Part shown: positions 25,394 through 38,174 of the stretch, piece after piece
How the letters are laid out: the number at the start of each line of letters is the position of its first letter
Position numbering within the stretch: position 1 is the first letter of the stretch
Source: Psilocybe cubensis
Lineage: Eukaryota
Assembly: GCA_017499595.2 (NCBI GenBank)
Contig: CM038998.1
Location: 3,720,001-3,784,000 of the forward strand
DNA length: 64,000 nt
Direction: 5' to 3'
Translations under genes and position numbers: made by a program
Notes under the pieces: generated by a model
What the model was told of the DNA's origin: nothing
What the model saw: the letters and a program-made list of their open reading frames with translations, nothing else
Databases searched by the model: none

Positions 25394-26890
25394 ATGTCTT
25401 CATCATCTACTTCAACCTCTAGTCTTACCAACATCCTCACCACTATCCGCCGTGCAAACGAGCGCGTCTCCCGCCTCGCAGCCTCCATGCGCGCATCACT
25501 TACACCTACCCACCACGCCCGGCGCCGCGCCCGCAAACTGCAGTTGCGCGTCTGCATCGACAAGGCCCTGAAGCTCGATCCCAAGCAGATCAGCGTCATT
25601 CCCCTCCCCGTCCTCGCCACCCCCGTCCCCCTCCCCGTACCTGAACAGGTGCAGCCTGTAGCCCCCGCCCCCGTATACGCTGAACCCGTCGTGTTCCGCG
25701 AGAACGAGATCAGCCGTGCAGCCGCAGGGCGCGAGCTCGAGCGCCTACGCAACATTCGTGTATCGCAGCAGCTTCAACGGCCGACACTGCGATGCGAGAT
25801 CCCAGCTGATGCCGCTGTTGCGTCGGCATCTGTATCTACATCTGAGCTAACGGACATGGAGCTCGAGACGCCCGTGGAGCACGATGAGAATCAGGAGGAT
25901 GAGGTGCACGCCCCCGTCGTCCTGCGTGGTCAGAACGTCCCATGGCGCCCCGTCACGTCGCGCTGGTCCGTCTCGACCGTCGCCAGCGAACCAGGCAATC
26001 CGGACATCGCCATAGAGGACGCAGACATCGTCGATGCCGCAGGTGTATACTCCACCCACCCCACCGAGAACGAAGAGGAGCAGGAGCAGGACAGACACAC
26101 CCGCGCATCAGCATACGAGGAGGGCACGATGGACTTCCCTATCACCGTATCCCCAGACTCGCCTGAAGGGCCCTACGGCGCGCTCGAGTACACCCCCTCA
26201 TACCCACGCTCGCGCCTGCATAGGGAGCTCGATATCGGCGGCGACACGCGCCGCGTCCTGTACGGTGGTCCACGGCGCTTAACCGTCCCGCTGCGCCTGA
26301 ACACAGACTTGGACACCGAGATGGACGTTGACACGATGGACGTTGACACAAACGTGGACAGCTCAAGGCTGAGCTGGGGCTCGGCCTCTAGCTCATCCTC
26401 TTCGTCGTCGTCGGGATCGCAATCTGCCACGTCCGAATCTGGCTCGACGACGTCTGAGTCGAGTACGGATTCGTCCTCGCCAGTGCCCTCGAACTCTGAC
26501 CGCCCCAAGCTGACGATCCGCATCAAGCGTTCCGCGCCCATCGACCTCTCTCTTTCCCTCTCCTCCTCCTCCTCCTCCGCCGAGTCGGACGACACACGTT
26601 CCCTCTCCGAGAAGCGCCCGAAAGTGAGTCGAACTCCCTTGTCCCCCTCTCCTTTAGTCTGATCTTACGTTTCTCTCATATAGTACGGCCGCAAGTCCTG
26701 GGCGTCACCCTACCCCGTCCCGGCCCCCATCCGCGCTACTATTCACCCGCCCGCCAACGCCCCCGTCCCCGCACCAGGCCTTGCAGTCGCCCGCCGCCAA
26801 TCCGCGCGCATCTCCGCCCAACACACCCACGCCACGCACACGAACAGATTAACGACTACGACGATGAACCGCAGCAGCAACAGATTTTAG
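25394..26890 (+). CDS. Hypothetical low-complexity Ser/Pro-rich protein (2 exons)
   Basis: 422-codon ORF with coding-like codon usage, a donor GTGAGT near 26623 and an in-frame last exon YGRKSW...NRF*. No recognised domain. Confidence 0.7.
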
Positions 26891-28613
26891 ATTTCCATTT
26901 TACCCTTCTTTGGGATTTTCGGGTTTTTACTATACTCAGTCCTTTTTCTTTTTTGGTTTTTGGATCTTTGGATCGCACCTTTTGATACCTTTGCAAGTTT
27001 GCCTTTGCCTCACTCTTTGATGTTTAATACTATTTTGCGGATATAGGATACTGCGCATTAGGTCTCTTGTACGTCGTGTCCTCTTCCATGGTGGTCTTGT
27101 ACAGTGTCGCTGACGTACTATCCGACAGTCTTTGATCTCAACTTTAACGCCCTGTAACAACACCCTATGGCCTTCACTCGTTCACACACTCTCATAATCA
27201 CTCAATCTCTCTTCGTTTTGATGACGACTTAAATTTATTAATTATCCTTGTCTTGATTTCGATGTCGACTTCAAGACGAGTCGGACACTCTCCGTATCTC
27301 CACCCACCCATCGATCCATCCATACATAACTACGTACTTACTTACTTCCCCGGAACGGACGCTCCCTCCTCTCTAATACACCCTTTACAACATAATCAAT
27401 ACCCATACCTTGGACTTTGGATCTCCATTCCACTCTTATTAACACGACGAAATTTCACTTTTAACGTTGGTACTCCCTACATTACTCTGGGACACTACAC
27501 CGCTAATACTCTACCTACCTCCTCCGATTTCGTTTCGGGCTCTCCTTTCCCCCTCTCTCTTTCCTTCTTGATTCTTTTAATCACATCTCTCGCCTTGTCG
27601 TGTCTTGTTTGATCTAGCCTCGTCCAATCCTCACATAGGTTCTCACTACATCAATCAATATCACGCACGCAAAACCGAGGTCCTGTCCATACCCCGTCCG
27701 TCCATCCGGGAACCATCCTTTCCGCCCCGACCACCTCATCAAGGTTATTCCACAACGGTACACAGATGCGACACTGTGCTGCACACTCCCGCGTCTGCTC
27801 TGCCCTCTGCGCACAACAAGCTTTCTCTGGCGATGTCAATGCATCTTGGTCTTTCTCTCTCTCAGTGTGCGTTTGATCTTGATGTCTTGCATGGCATGGC
27901 ACTGCACTGCTCTGCCCTCGCATTCACCCCGTGGCCTCAATAAAGCTTGTACCCGGCGCATGTCGTTCGACTCTGCATATACTTTGAGTAGTATAGCAGT
28001 ACGATACCTTATTTAATACAAATAATCTCCAGAAGCTCTTTCTATCCCGATGGATATTGAGTAAATGGATAAACTTTAGCGTTCACAGAAACCAAAAAAT
28101 ACAGAAATATTAAATTGATTTTCAGAACCAGAGGTGGGTGTTGCTGAAGTTGCCAGTCAGTGCCGATGGTGATATACGTTCGGGATTACTCGGCCGCGGC
28201 AAAATTACACACTCCGATTGAAAACGATGACGGATCATCGATCACTCGTTGATCACTCGCTGGTCGTCGGTTTCTAGTCGATCTACAACTGCACAACGTC
28301 AAGAGCACTCCTTAACCCAATGCATCTCGTATCTTGTTTGTGAAGGCTCGAGGATTTGAAATATTACCGCCCCTGGACAACATCTGCCTCTGCCGGCCTT
28401 TCTCATTTTCATCAAGCTCGAAGCACGCAACATCCTGCTTATCGTGTGTATTCTTGTCCAAGTGTGTCATCATTCCAACAAATTTGTAAGAATAGCAACG
28501 GGATGGCATTCCGATGCGGCCGTGGCAAACGATATATACAGCTCTTGCACAACGTGTGTCATGTCCCCCTCACGGTCTGTCGCACCCTCTAGCGGAACAT
28601 TTTCACGGCAGCT

Positions 28614-30522
28614 ATGACCACCCCGCCGTCCCCCACCACGACAATCATCCCGGGGCCCCCAGCGTCCCAGGCGGCGACGGACAAGAAGGACGTCATGGTC
28701 GATGATAACTTGCAGCGCGTCGAGTCTTCGGATTCAGAGGTCCAGTTTACGAAGGATTTCGGCTTTCTTCCTATTCCAAAGCATCTGCGTTACAATCCTG
28801 CAAAACCACCGCATTTTGGGCTGCCGTTGAATATAGCGTTTGGTTTTGCTAGTACATTCAGTGAGTCTCATTCCTTTTTCATATACTAGGCGCTGCCTTA
28901 CGAAAACTTACTTCGCACAGTTGTTGCAAATCTGTATTATTGCCAACCCCTGTTAAGTGGGTGCCAAAAAATCTGAAGATCAGAGTCGACAAATTGATTT
29001 TTTTGCAGTTCAGCTGTCGTTAGCTTTCAATGTTACTTACGGGGAGGTATCTATGTCAGTAAGGTTTCACCTTTCATTCAAACTTCGGTGAATTGAAATA
29101 TTTTACCAGAATACCAACAGTAGTCCAAGCTGGGTGAGCGCGATACCAGGGTTGTACGCGGTGTATTTGGCTGATTCCTTTGTGCTGCAGCTATGCAACA
29201 GGCTTGGTACTGATATCGCCACTCGGAGACCTCGTGCGTCGACGGCAGCTTATACTGTGCATCGTCGCAATTTCCACATCATTGACCATCGGATTGGCAA
29301 TCACAAATAATCTCGTCGTCTTCGAGGTATTATCCTTTCTCGTAGGAGCAGTGACTGTCACCCCACAAATCCTTGTCCCACTTGCAGCCGACCTCGCCCC
29401 CGAAAAACGACGTGCATCTGCTATCGCTATGGTCCTATCTGGGTTGCTTTTCGGCATTCTCATGGCTCGTGTTTTGGCTGGCGTTATCGCAGAGTTCAGA
29501 TCATGGAGGGTGGTGTACTATTTCGCTATTGGGGTCCAAACGTTGGTTTTGGTCGGTTCATACTTGGTGCTTCCAGACTACCCATCCAAGAACAACGATC
29601 TTTCGTATTTTAAAATCCTCTGGACAATGGGAAAGTTTGCGGTCACAGAGCCTATCCTTATCCAAGCATGTCTTATCAACTTGGGCTCGAGTGCATGTTT
29701 CAGCAATTTCTGGGTCACGCTGACCTTTTTATTGGGCGGTCCCCCTTACAATTACTCCACGTAGGTCACACATTCTAGCATGGATAACAATGACACTCAC
29801 CCGATTCATCACAGACTCGTAATTGGTCTGTTTGGTTTGATAGGTATGGCTGGCGTAGCCATGAGTCCTGTAGTGGGCCACGTTATCGACCGACTTGTCC
29901 CTTGGTACGCGTCGTTGTTCGGAATCATGATGCTCATACTCTTCCAGAGTATCCAGACGGGGGCGGGAGGTATCAATGTCGCCGCAGTCATTATCGCTAC
30001 ATTCGGCTTGGACATTTTCCGCCAGATGCTCCAGGTATCACTAACCACAGCTATATTTGGGTTAGTTCATCAATGTCATCCTTTCCATAAAAATAACACT
30101 TACGCGAGCTTTCTCTGGACAGGATTTCAGCTTCTGCTCGTGCAAGGCTCAACGCTGTGTCGATTCTCTCGGTGCGGCATGGTCCGACTAATTGAATTAA
30201 ATACACCCTTTCTAACTTGTCCATTTTTTAGATTTTCATCGGTCAAGTCATGGGAACGTCGGTTGGCACACACATCTTCGTCAAATTTGGCTGGCGCGCC
30301 AATGCCGCCTTTGCCATGGGACTCTATGGGTGGCAATTCTTCATCCTGCTCATCAGAGGACCGCATTGTAAGCGATACACCTGGTTTGGATATGAAGGCG
30401 GTTTAGAGGCGAGAAAGAGCGTTGTCAGAGAAAAAGAAAGACTAGAGCAAGAGGGAAAGGACACACAAGATCGATCCCAGCAGCCGCAAAATAAGGACAT
30501 TCAAGATGAAAAAAGTGCATGA
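28614..30522 (+). CDS. MFS transporter (multi-exon)
   Basis: VANLYYCQPL, ISPLGDLVRRR, PLAADLAP and LSGLLFGILMARVLAG, with multiple TM segments. Confidence 0.9.
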
Positions 30523-32252
30523 CCTTGGTTTTGAACGCAAAGAGATGACGATGTGATAAGCTGAGTCGTATGTTGGCATGCTTTTAATCTTTCAACAGTA
30601 CAACACTACTGACTGTTTGTGCTGCATTTGAATCTAGGGCTCAGACAACCTTTTACAATATTCAAACATGGTAAAGAAAACGAATCCAGGGAACACGTAC
30701 CATTCCTAGGGAACACGTACCATTCCTGTTTGAGAGACGAACCCAGGCCCCAGCATACATAGAGGTGTCAAAAGACAGGGACTCATTAATCATTGAGATA
30801 TTGCGGATCTGCCACTTCCTAACACTCCCGTATAGATTGGACACGCCTTTTAGTATCATTTTCATGGTATCGAGTCAACTTTCCTTGCAGCAAGAATCGA
30901 CAATCGGATGCTATTCTAGTCGTCATCAGATCTCTGAAGAACGTGAACCTGTGAGCGAATGTGTGCCAGTGGAAGCAGCCTCGAATGGACAAATGAGTAT
31001 CGAGGCGTTTTCGAATGGTTAGGGCGCGCGAGCGGTCGCATTTTAGATAAAGACGGCACAATGAACCAAACCTTCTCTATTTTCAAAAGCGTTGACGGGC
31101 CCAAGTCATCAAATTCAAGAATAGATGCAACTTTTGCAAGCCAACGCGGTCGTCAGAGCACGTCGACGGGCTCTGGGGGCCGTTTCCCGCTCCTCTTCTT
31201 GGATCGGCCACCAATGAGGTTCTGAATCAGGCTCCTTTTCGACTTCTTCTCTCTAAGTTTTTCGTTTTCCGTGAGCGTTCATAGTGCCCCTACTCCAAGA
31301 CGCATATGCAGCGTGACTAATGATATGTATTTGTGAACAGACCTTGATTTGTATAGTGTTCTGAAAACCTTTACTACTTTTACTTACTCCTAGCGCAATC
31401 CCATAGTGCTTCCATTTTTCTTCATGGGGCAGTATTCTTTTGGCGAGATTCCTCACGGATACCGCATCGCATTCAGGCGTTCAAGGCCTGAATCCCGGAA
31501 GCGCAACCTGAACCCAGAAGATGAAAATTTGATCAGCAGGGACAATCTCAGGAGTAAGTAGGGAACGACGTTGGAGCCATGAGAAAACAGGTGTTGAAGA
31601 AGTCAGAGAATAGCAGGAGTCTTCTCACAAACTTCAGCGCAGTTGTGTGGACTTGTGTATGCCCGGGAGATAAGCGGGAGAATTCACATGTTCCGCCAGG
31701 AATGAAGTGGCGAATCTTTCCTTTTCTAATGCACACATTCTCTCTACCCTTGAAACTCGTTTTCGCAGCCACATGGATATACTCGAGGTGTAAAATAGGT
31801 TATCCGGATCGCAAGTTTGACCTATTCCCCTATGGCAATGTATAAATACAGCAAACTTATTCCACTGAGATTATCATGATTCTTTTTCGGAAGCTTTGAA
31901 CAATCAGAAAAACAATTTCTTGGTTCCAAGGTTCTATAGCAAGCTGATTCTCATACTGCTGAGGATTTGATGTAAGATACTACGACATGTTCCTTCAATT
32001 CGGACCTTATACGTGATAAAACATGAGTATTGTATTTCACCAATGTATCGTCTACATTAGGCCTTCTCTCATGAAGTGAGGGTTACCATCGATAAGTGAG
32101 TCGTTTCATGCTTCTGGTTGGATCCTCCTACGGTTCATAGAACACTGCTAACTGATATGTAGTGTGATGTGCAGTGCTTTCAACTTTTACGGTTAGTCAG
32201 CGGTTTCTGGCGAAACGGCGCAGTGTACGGGCGCTTAAATACGTCTGCCCAG

Positions 32253-33348
32253 TATGGCTGTCCGTTTGCACATTTAATACCAATCTATAAACTTCTTGTC
32301 CCATACATATAAGTCATAATTGAATATAATTCCAAATACATTCTTTGATGTCCCGGTTATAGACAGATGGTTTCCGAATATAGAGGAAACTATCCCGGTC
32401 ATTGTTTTTGCATGCCCTCCAGTTTGAATGGGAGGTACACACATAGAAGTAGGTAAACCATACATAAACAACGTAGCACCACACTCTGTGACCCTCTCCG
32501 CATAATACCTCAACTTTTGCCCGAAGATATAGAGTTGTCAAGATGACTATCATACGTGCCGTCCTTGCCGTACAAGCGTGGGAACTCAGCTTTCGTCCCG
32601 CTTTGCAGGGGAATTGCTACTTGTGAAGGATGTAGGACGACTGACGCAAGGTCACAAAACTCTTTAGGAGTATTAATTTATACGCGTGAGCAGTGTAAAC
32701 GTGTGTAGAGGCTATAAAGAGAAATTCATTTCAGAGTTTTACCTGCAATCTCAACTTTAGGCCTTTTTAAGTAGGAGTAGCCAAAATACTCGTCAAAAGC
32801 TATAGAGGCGTGATACTTTTGTAATCAGGCTTAATACAGGTAGATAATTACTTCTATCAGATATGTGAATCTTTTTCATTGCTCAATTAGTATGTGTCGA
32901 CAGGAACAGGGAATGTACTGTTATTTGTCTCCTCATTTGCCGAATTTTGCCGAATTCTCACGATGTCCAGGCAAGCACGGCATAGACACATGCCGAAAAA
33001 CAACTATATATCTTCGGGAGGAAGAAAGGCAAAAGAAAGGTCAAATCACCCATATGGGGAACCTGCAGACATATGCAAGGAAGCAAAATATGTATTAAAG
33101 GGCATGTTTGAACTCTCTAAAAGATTGTGCTTTGTATATGTGGGCACCAAAACTATATGTATGGTACTCAAAGTTGTATCTGACGGTGCAACCTGTAAAT
33201 GTATGGACACTGGATCTATATGTTCGGCAATCTCTTCTCTATCTGCGGAAATAAGAGCAAATAATTATCGGATCTTTACTTCTGAGATTTCTATGTATGG
33301 AACAAAAAGTTTATAGATTGGTATTAAATGTGCAAACGGACAGCCATA
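32253..33348. mobile_element. Non-autonomous TIR DNA transposon (MITE-like), copy B, inverted relative to copy A
   Basis: Same TIR as 18552-19648, with 6-bp TSD GCCCAG and length 1096 bp. The interior is a diverged reverse-complement homologue of copy A. Confidence 0.92.
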
Positions 33349-33973
33349 GCCCAGTAGCGTTATTGATCTGAACAATGATAGCAGAGAGGATACCGACATC
33401 TTTGCATCCTATAATCCTTTTAACATAATCTTTCAACTGATTAATGAACGAAAAATTACCTCCTACTATCAAGTGAAAATTTCGGGGATTCGATCTGAAT
33501 CATAATCGCATTCCTGGTGACAGATGTGCCACTCGACCTTCGGCGTTCCTCGGTTTTCTCAGACCGAGAAGAAATTGTCTGGAACTGATGCCATATTCTC
33601 TTATCTCAATCCATCAGTGACTTACGGTGCCAGAATGACAATAAGAGCCTCAGATGAACTATGTCAAATGATGTCCACCTCCTGGCATCCCTGAAAGGTC
33701 AGATGTCCACCTCCTGGCATCCCTGAAAGGTCTAATGTGACTATTGTATCCCATCAAACTCTCCAAGAAAGCATCTTAGAAGAGCAAACAAAACTCATTT
33801 TCTAATTCATGAATATTAATATGGGAACTAAGAATGTCGCAATATCTAGGTATGATGTTTTTGCTTGAGAGGATCATTATAGGTCTTCTTGTAACAAATC
33901 GATATCACACTGATAAGTTCAAACTACTGTAACTTACGATGCCTAGTAAAACCGCATCATTATATTGTGTATC

Positions 33974-35683
33974 TCACCACACCGTTATATTTCGTATCTC
34001 TTCTGTATTTGGCCAGTAGTCCTCACGAGGGAGGGCGCTGCTGTATATAGACGCTGAGTCCCCAATATGGTTCCAGAGATTAGCGGCGTCAACAGAGGTA
34101 TCAACAATGAATGAAAACCATCGTTTCCACGATTCAGGCGCCCATGTATAACGTTTCATGCCTCGTGATTCCGTCCAGGGAGGGTAGAAACCGGAGTCCG
34201 CCCAATCAACAATCCATAGCACACCGTCATCTGAAAGAATGGCGTTGCTGAGACTAAGGTCGCCATGGGTTAGGACTAGATTCCATTCATGTTCGGGAGG
34301 TAGGCTTAAAAGAGGCGGGGGGCAACCAGCAACTTCTGGACCTTTTATACGGCGCAGATCCAGGTGCTCGTACATGCATTCCATATAAGCAACATGTGCC
34401 ATCCAGTTTCGGAACCTCTCCGCATCGCGAAAGGGCCCGTTCCATGAATACGGATAAAATAATACACCCCTGACGAGTCCTTGTCCAATGGTGCCCGGTC
34501 GATCGCTGGAAATACGTCGAAGCTGAGAAACATATCGTCTAAGAGTGCATGCAATACGAAATTGGTAGAATAGGCTGAGCGAATCCCAGCATTCCAAAAG
34601 CATTTTTCCGGGGATGAAATCCGTAACAAGCGATTCCTTCAGGTGGAGGTAGCGAGGTTGTGGGACAGGGATATTTGTATGAGCTCGAACAAAGATGTTA
34701 TTAAATCTTTCGAAGTGGTGCAAGCGTTTGATGATTAAATTTGGTGCAATCTTGTGTGTGGGTGCCCAATTGTGCCCGCCAGTGAAAGAGGCCATATATT
34801 TGTTGAAGGCAATGGATTCAGGTGTCTTTGTTAACTCCCATGCAGCATCATCATCAGGAACTACTGGCATGTCATCAGAGTCAGGTGTCTACGGAGGAAA
34901 TATGTCAGTTTTGGTTTTGTCAAGATAGCATTGAACTGCCAACATCCTGATTAACTTGGGAAGGGATTGGAAGAGAAAACATAGATGCCATCACATCCAG
35001 TCCCCATGATCGTATTTGTGAAAGCGTTTTGTGGACCTGGCTGGCGATTGAAGGTTTGATGGGTCGAAAATGATCGACTTTTTCTATGAGCCCGAGTTGG
35101 ATATCAGTCTATGATGCAAATGCTCACCTATAGAAGCACACATTTCCTCAATGGCACCTTCACTATGCGTACCGACGAAATGACAGGACAGCGACGTGTA
35201 CATTGTGAACCATGTTGTAAAAAGTCCAGGGTATTCGAAGATTTTTGACTCGGGATCCAGTTTATCATGTTTAGTCCCTACAATGCGAAACATTTTCCGC
35301 TGTTCCCAATAGGTATCCTGAATGAGTTTGCCGTATTGAGCGACCATATCTTTTACATCCTTCATATCTGTGTTAAGATTGATAGTGAGTAAAACAACAT
35401 CTGACTCGAGGCGTCCAGGTGCCTCAAGATTGGCCTCATGTGCCCTGAAACAAAAATGTTGCTGGTCGTCGACCCTGAAATGTATACGGTCATTCTAAGA
35501 AGCAGAGAGGTTGTTATGTTTTCTATCTATGAAAATACAGAATTGAAACGCACAAGTCGTTTGCAGAGAGTTGTTCTTCCGCTTTCTGGGGGGCCTGTCA
35601 TGGTTTGTTGCGCAGTAAACATTCTGCCTCCTGTACCAAACTGGCGACGCACCTGTTATTGCCACCCGGATATTGATTAACAT
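33974..35683 (-). CDS. Ras-like P-loop domain fused to APH/choline-kinase-like phosphotransferase, copy 1 (497 aa)
   Basis: Exons 35683-35653, 35594-35554, 35494-35128, 35083-34944 and 34888-33974 splice in frame. Motifs are GPPESGRTT, GTKHD, IPVPQP, HGDLSLSN and IVDW. Confidence 0.85.
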
Positions 35684-36148
35684 TGGAATTACACAGAAGA
35701 AGTGTAGACGCTAACGATATATTCTCACTACAAGAAACTGGATCACAAAACTCTGTGAGGTTGTAGGTAGGATGGATGGAACAATGGCCGTAGTAGTAAG
35801 GGAGGAGATAAACTTTGCATCAACTGACCCCAAGGTAGGCTCGTGACCATTCTGATTATGAACATGGGAGTCCAAGATGGACTTCTCCACCATCGTCTTC
35901 CCTGATTCCGGACTCTCTGCGTGTCTTTACAGTGATACACAGGACGCGCGGGATGTACATGGCACATGTTTAGAGATACACCCGCCAGCAGTCTCTCAAT
36001 GTCAGATTTAACACACTTAGGAGGCAACACTTGTTGTGTGCACGATGGATCCAGTACCCGTCCTGACACTTGTTTAATGTGTAGTATGATGTTCTTAGAG
36101 AATTACTGATCATTAGTAACTTCGGACGACAGTAACATACACGGACGC

Positions 36149-37873
36149 CTAAGACCAGCCCGATATATTTCGTATTTCTTCTGTATCTGGCCAGTAGTCC
36201 TCACGAGGGGGGTCTGTGCTGTAGTAACTGGCTGTATCCCCAATATGGCTCCAGAGATTGGCGGTGTCAACAGAGGTGTCAACAATGAATGAAAACCATC
36301 GTTTCCATGATTCAGGCGCCCATGTGTAACGTTCCATTCCTCGCGATTCCATCCAGGGAGGATAAAAGCCGGAGTCCGCCCAATCGACAATCCATAGTAC
36401 GCCGTTATCTGAAAGAACGGTGTTGCTGAGACTAAGGTCGCCATGCGTAAGGACCAGATTCCATTCATGTTCGGGAGGTAGGCTGAGAAGAGATGGGGGG
36501 CTACCAGCAACTTCTGGACCTTTTAAACGGCGGAGTTCCTTGTGCTCGTACATGCATTCCATGTAAGCAACATGTGCTATCCAGTTGCGGAACCTCTCCG
36601 CGTCGCGGAAAGGTCCGTTCCATGCATGTGGATAAAATAATACTCCCCTAACGAGTCCTTGTTCGATGCTGCCTGGTCGATCGCTGGTGATACGTCGAAG
36701 CTGAGAAACATATCGTCTAAGAGTACATGCAATACGAAATTGGTAGAAGAGGCTGAGTGAATCCCAAATTTCTAAAAGCATTTTTCCGGGAATTAAATCC
36801 GTGACAAGCGATTTCTTCAGATGCAGGCATCGAGGTTGTGGGACCGGGATGTTTGTGTGAGCTCGAATAAATATATTGTTGAATCTTTCGAAGTGGTGCA
36901 AATTTTTTATGACTAAATTTGGTGCAATCTTGAGTACGGGTGCCCAATTGTGCGCACCAGTAAAGGACGCCAGATGTTTGTTGAAGGCAATAGAGTCAGA
37001 TGTCTTAGTTAATTCCCATGCAGCATTGTCATCCGGAATGACTGACTCGGACAAGTCATCAGGATCAGGTGTCTAGGGAGAAAAAATATGTCAGTTCTAA
37101 TTCTGTCCACATAGCATTGAACTACCAACATCCTGATTAACGTTGGCAGGAACTGGAAGGGAAAATATAGATGCAATTATATCCAGTCCCCATGATCGCA
37201 TTTGTGAAAGCCCTCTGTAGACTTGACTTGCAATTGAAGGTTTGATAGGTTGAAATTGGTCGGCTTTTTTTCTGTAAGTCCAAATATCACGTATATGAAG
37301 CAATGCTCACCTATAGAAGCACACATTTCCTCAATGGCACTTTCATTATGGGTACCAACAAAATGACAAGACAGAGACGTGTACATTGTGAACCACGTTG
37401 TATAAAGTCCAGGGTATTCGAAGATTTTTAACTCGGGATCCAGTTTATCATGTTTAGTTCCTACAATTCGAAACATTTTACGCTGTTCCCAATAGCTATC
37501 CTGAACGAGTTTGCCGTATTGAGCTACCAAATTTTTGACCTCCTTCAAAACTGTGTGCAAATTAACAGTAAGTATCACAACATCTGAATTCAGATGTCCT
37601 GGTGCCTCAAGATTGGTCTCCTGTGCCCTGAAACGGAAATGTCGCCCATCGTTGGACCTAGTATATATACGGTCATTCTGAGAAGCAAAGAGGTTAGTAT
37701 GCTTTCAGCCTGGAAATAGAAGATTGAAGCGCACCAGTCGTTCGCAGAGCGTTGTTCGTCCGCTTTCTGGAGGGCCTGTCAAGATATGTCTCCAAGTTTG
37801 CCTTGTTACAATTGCACTCAGCTGAGTCGAACTGCGACGCACCTGTTATCGCCACCCGGATATCGATTAACAT
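36149..37873 (-). CDS. Ras-like/APH-like fusion, copy 2
   Basis: Same 5-exon layout. MLIDIRVAITGPPESGRTTLCERL, GTKHD, HGDLSLSN and VDW. Confidence 0.85.
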
Positions 37874-38174
37874 CTAAACTCTACAGAAGAAGTGTAGGCG
37901 GTAATGGTATACAATCAATACACGTCAAGAGAGATCACAAAATTCTGTACAATCAGTAGGCTAGATCGAACAATGGCGGTGTAGGTTAATATGAGAGAGC
38001 AATTGCATAAAATCAACTGACCCCATCGGCCGTGAGAATACCGTGACCAAAACACAATCGGACTTAAAACTGTAAAGGCTCTAGTTCTAAATCAAATCAC
38101 ATCTTCGAGTCTTTGACAAACTGTAGTTTCATAGCTAAAAGTAAAAGTGACAATAATTCGACAATCTTTTACAT

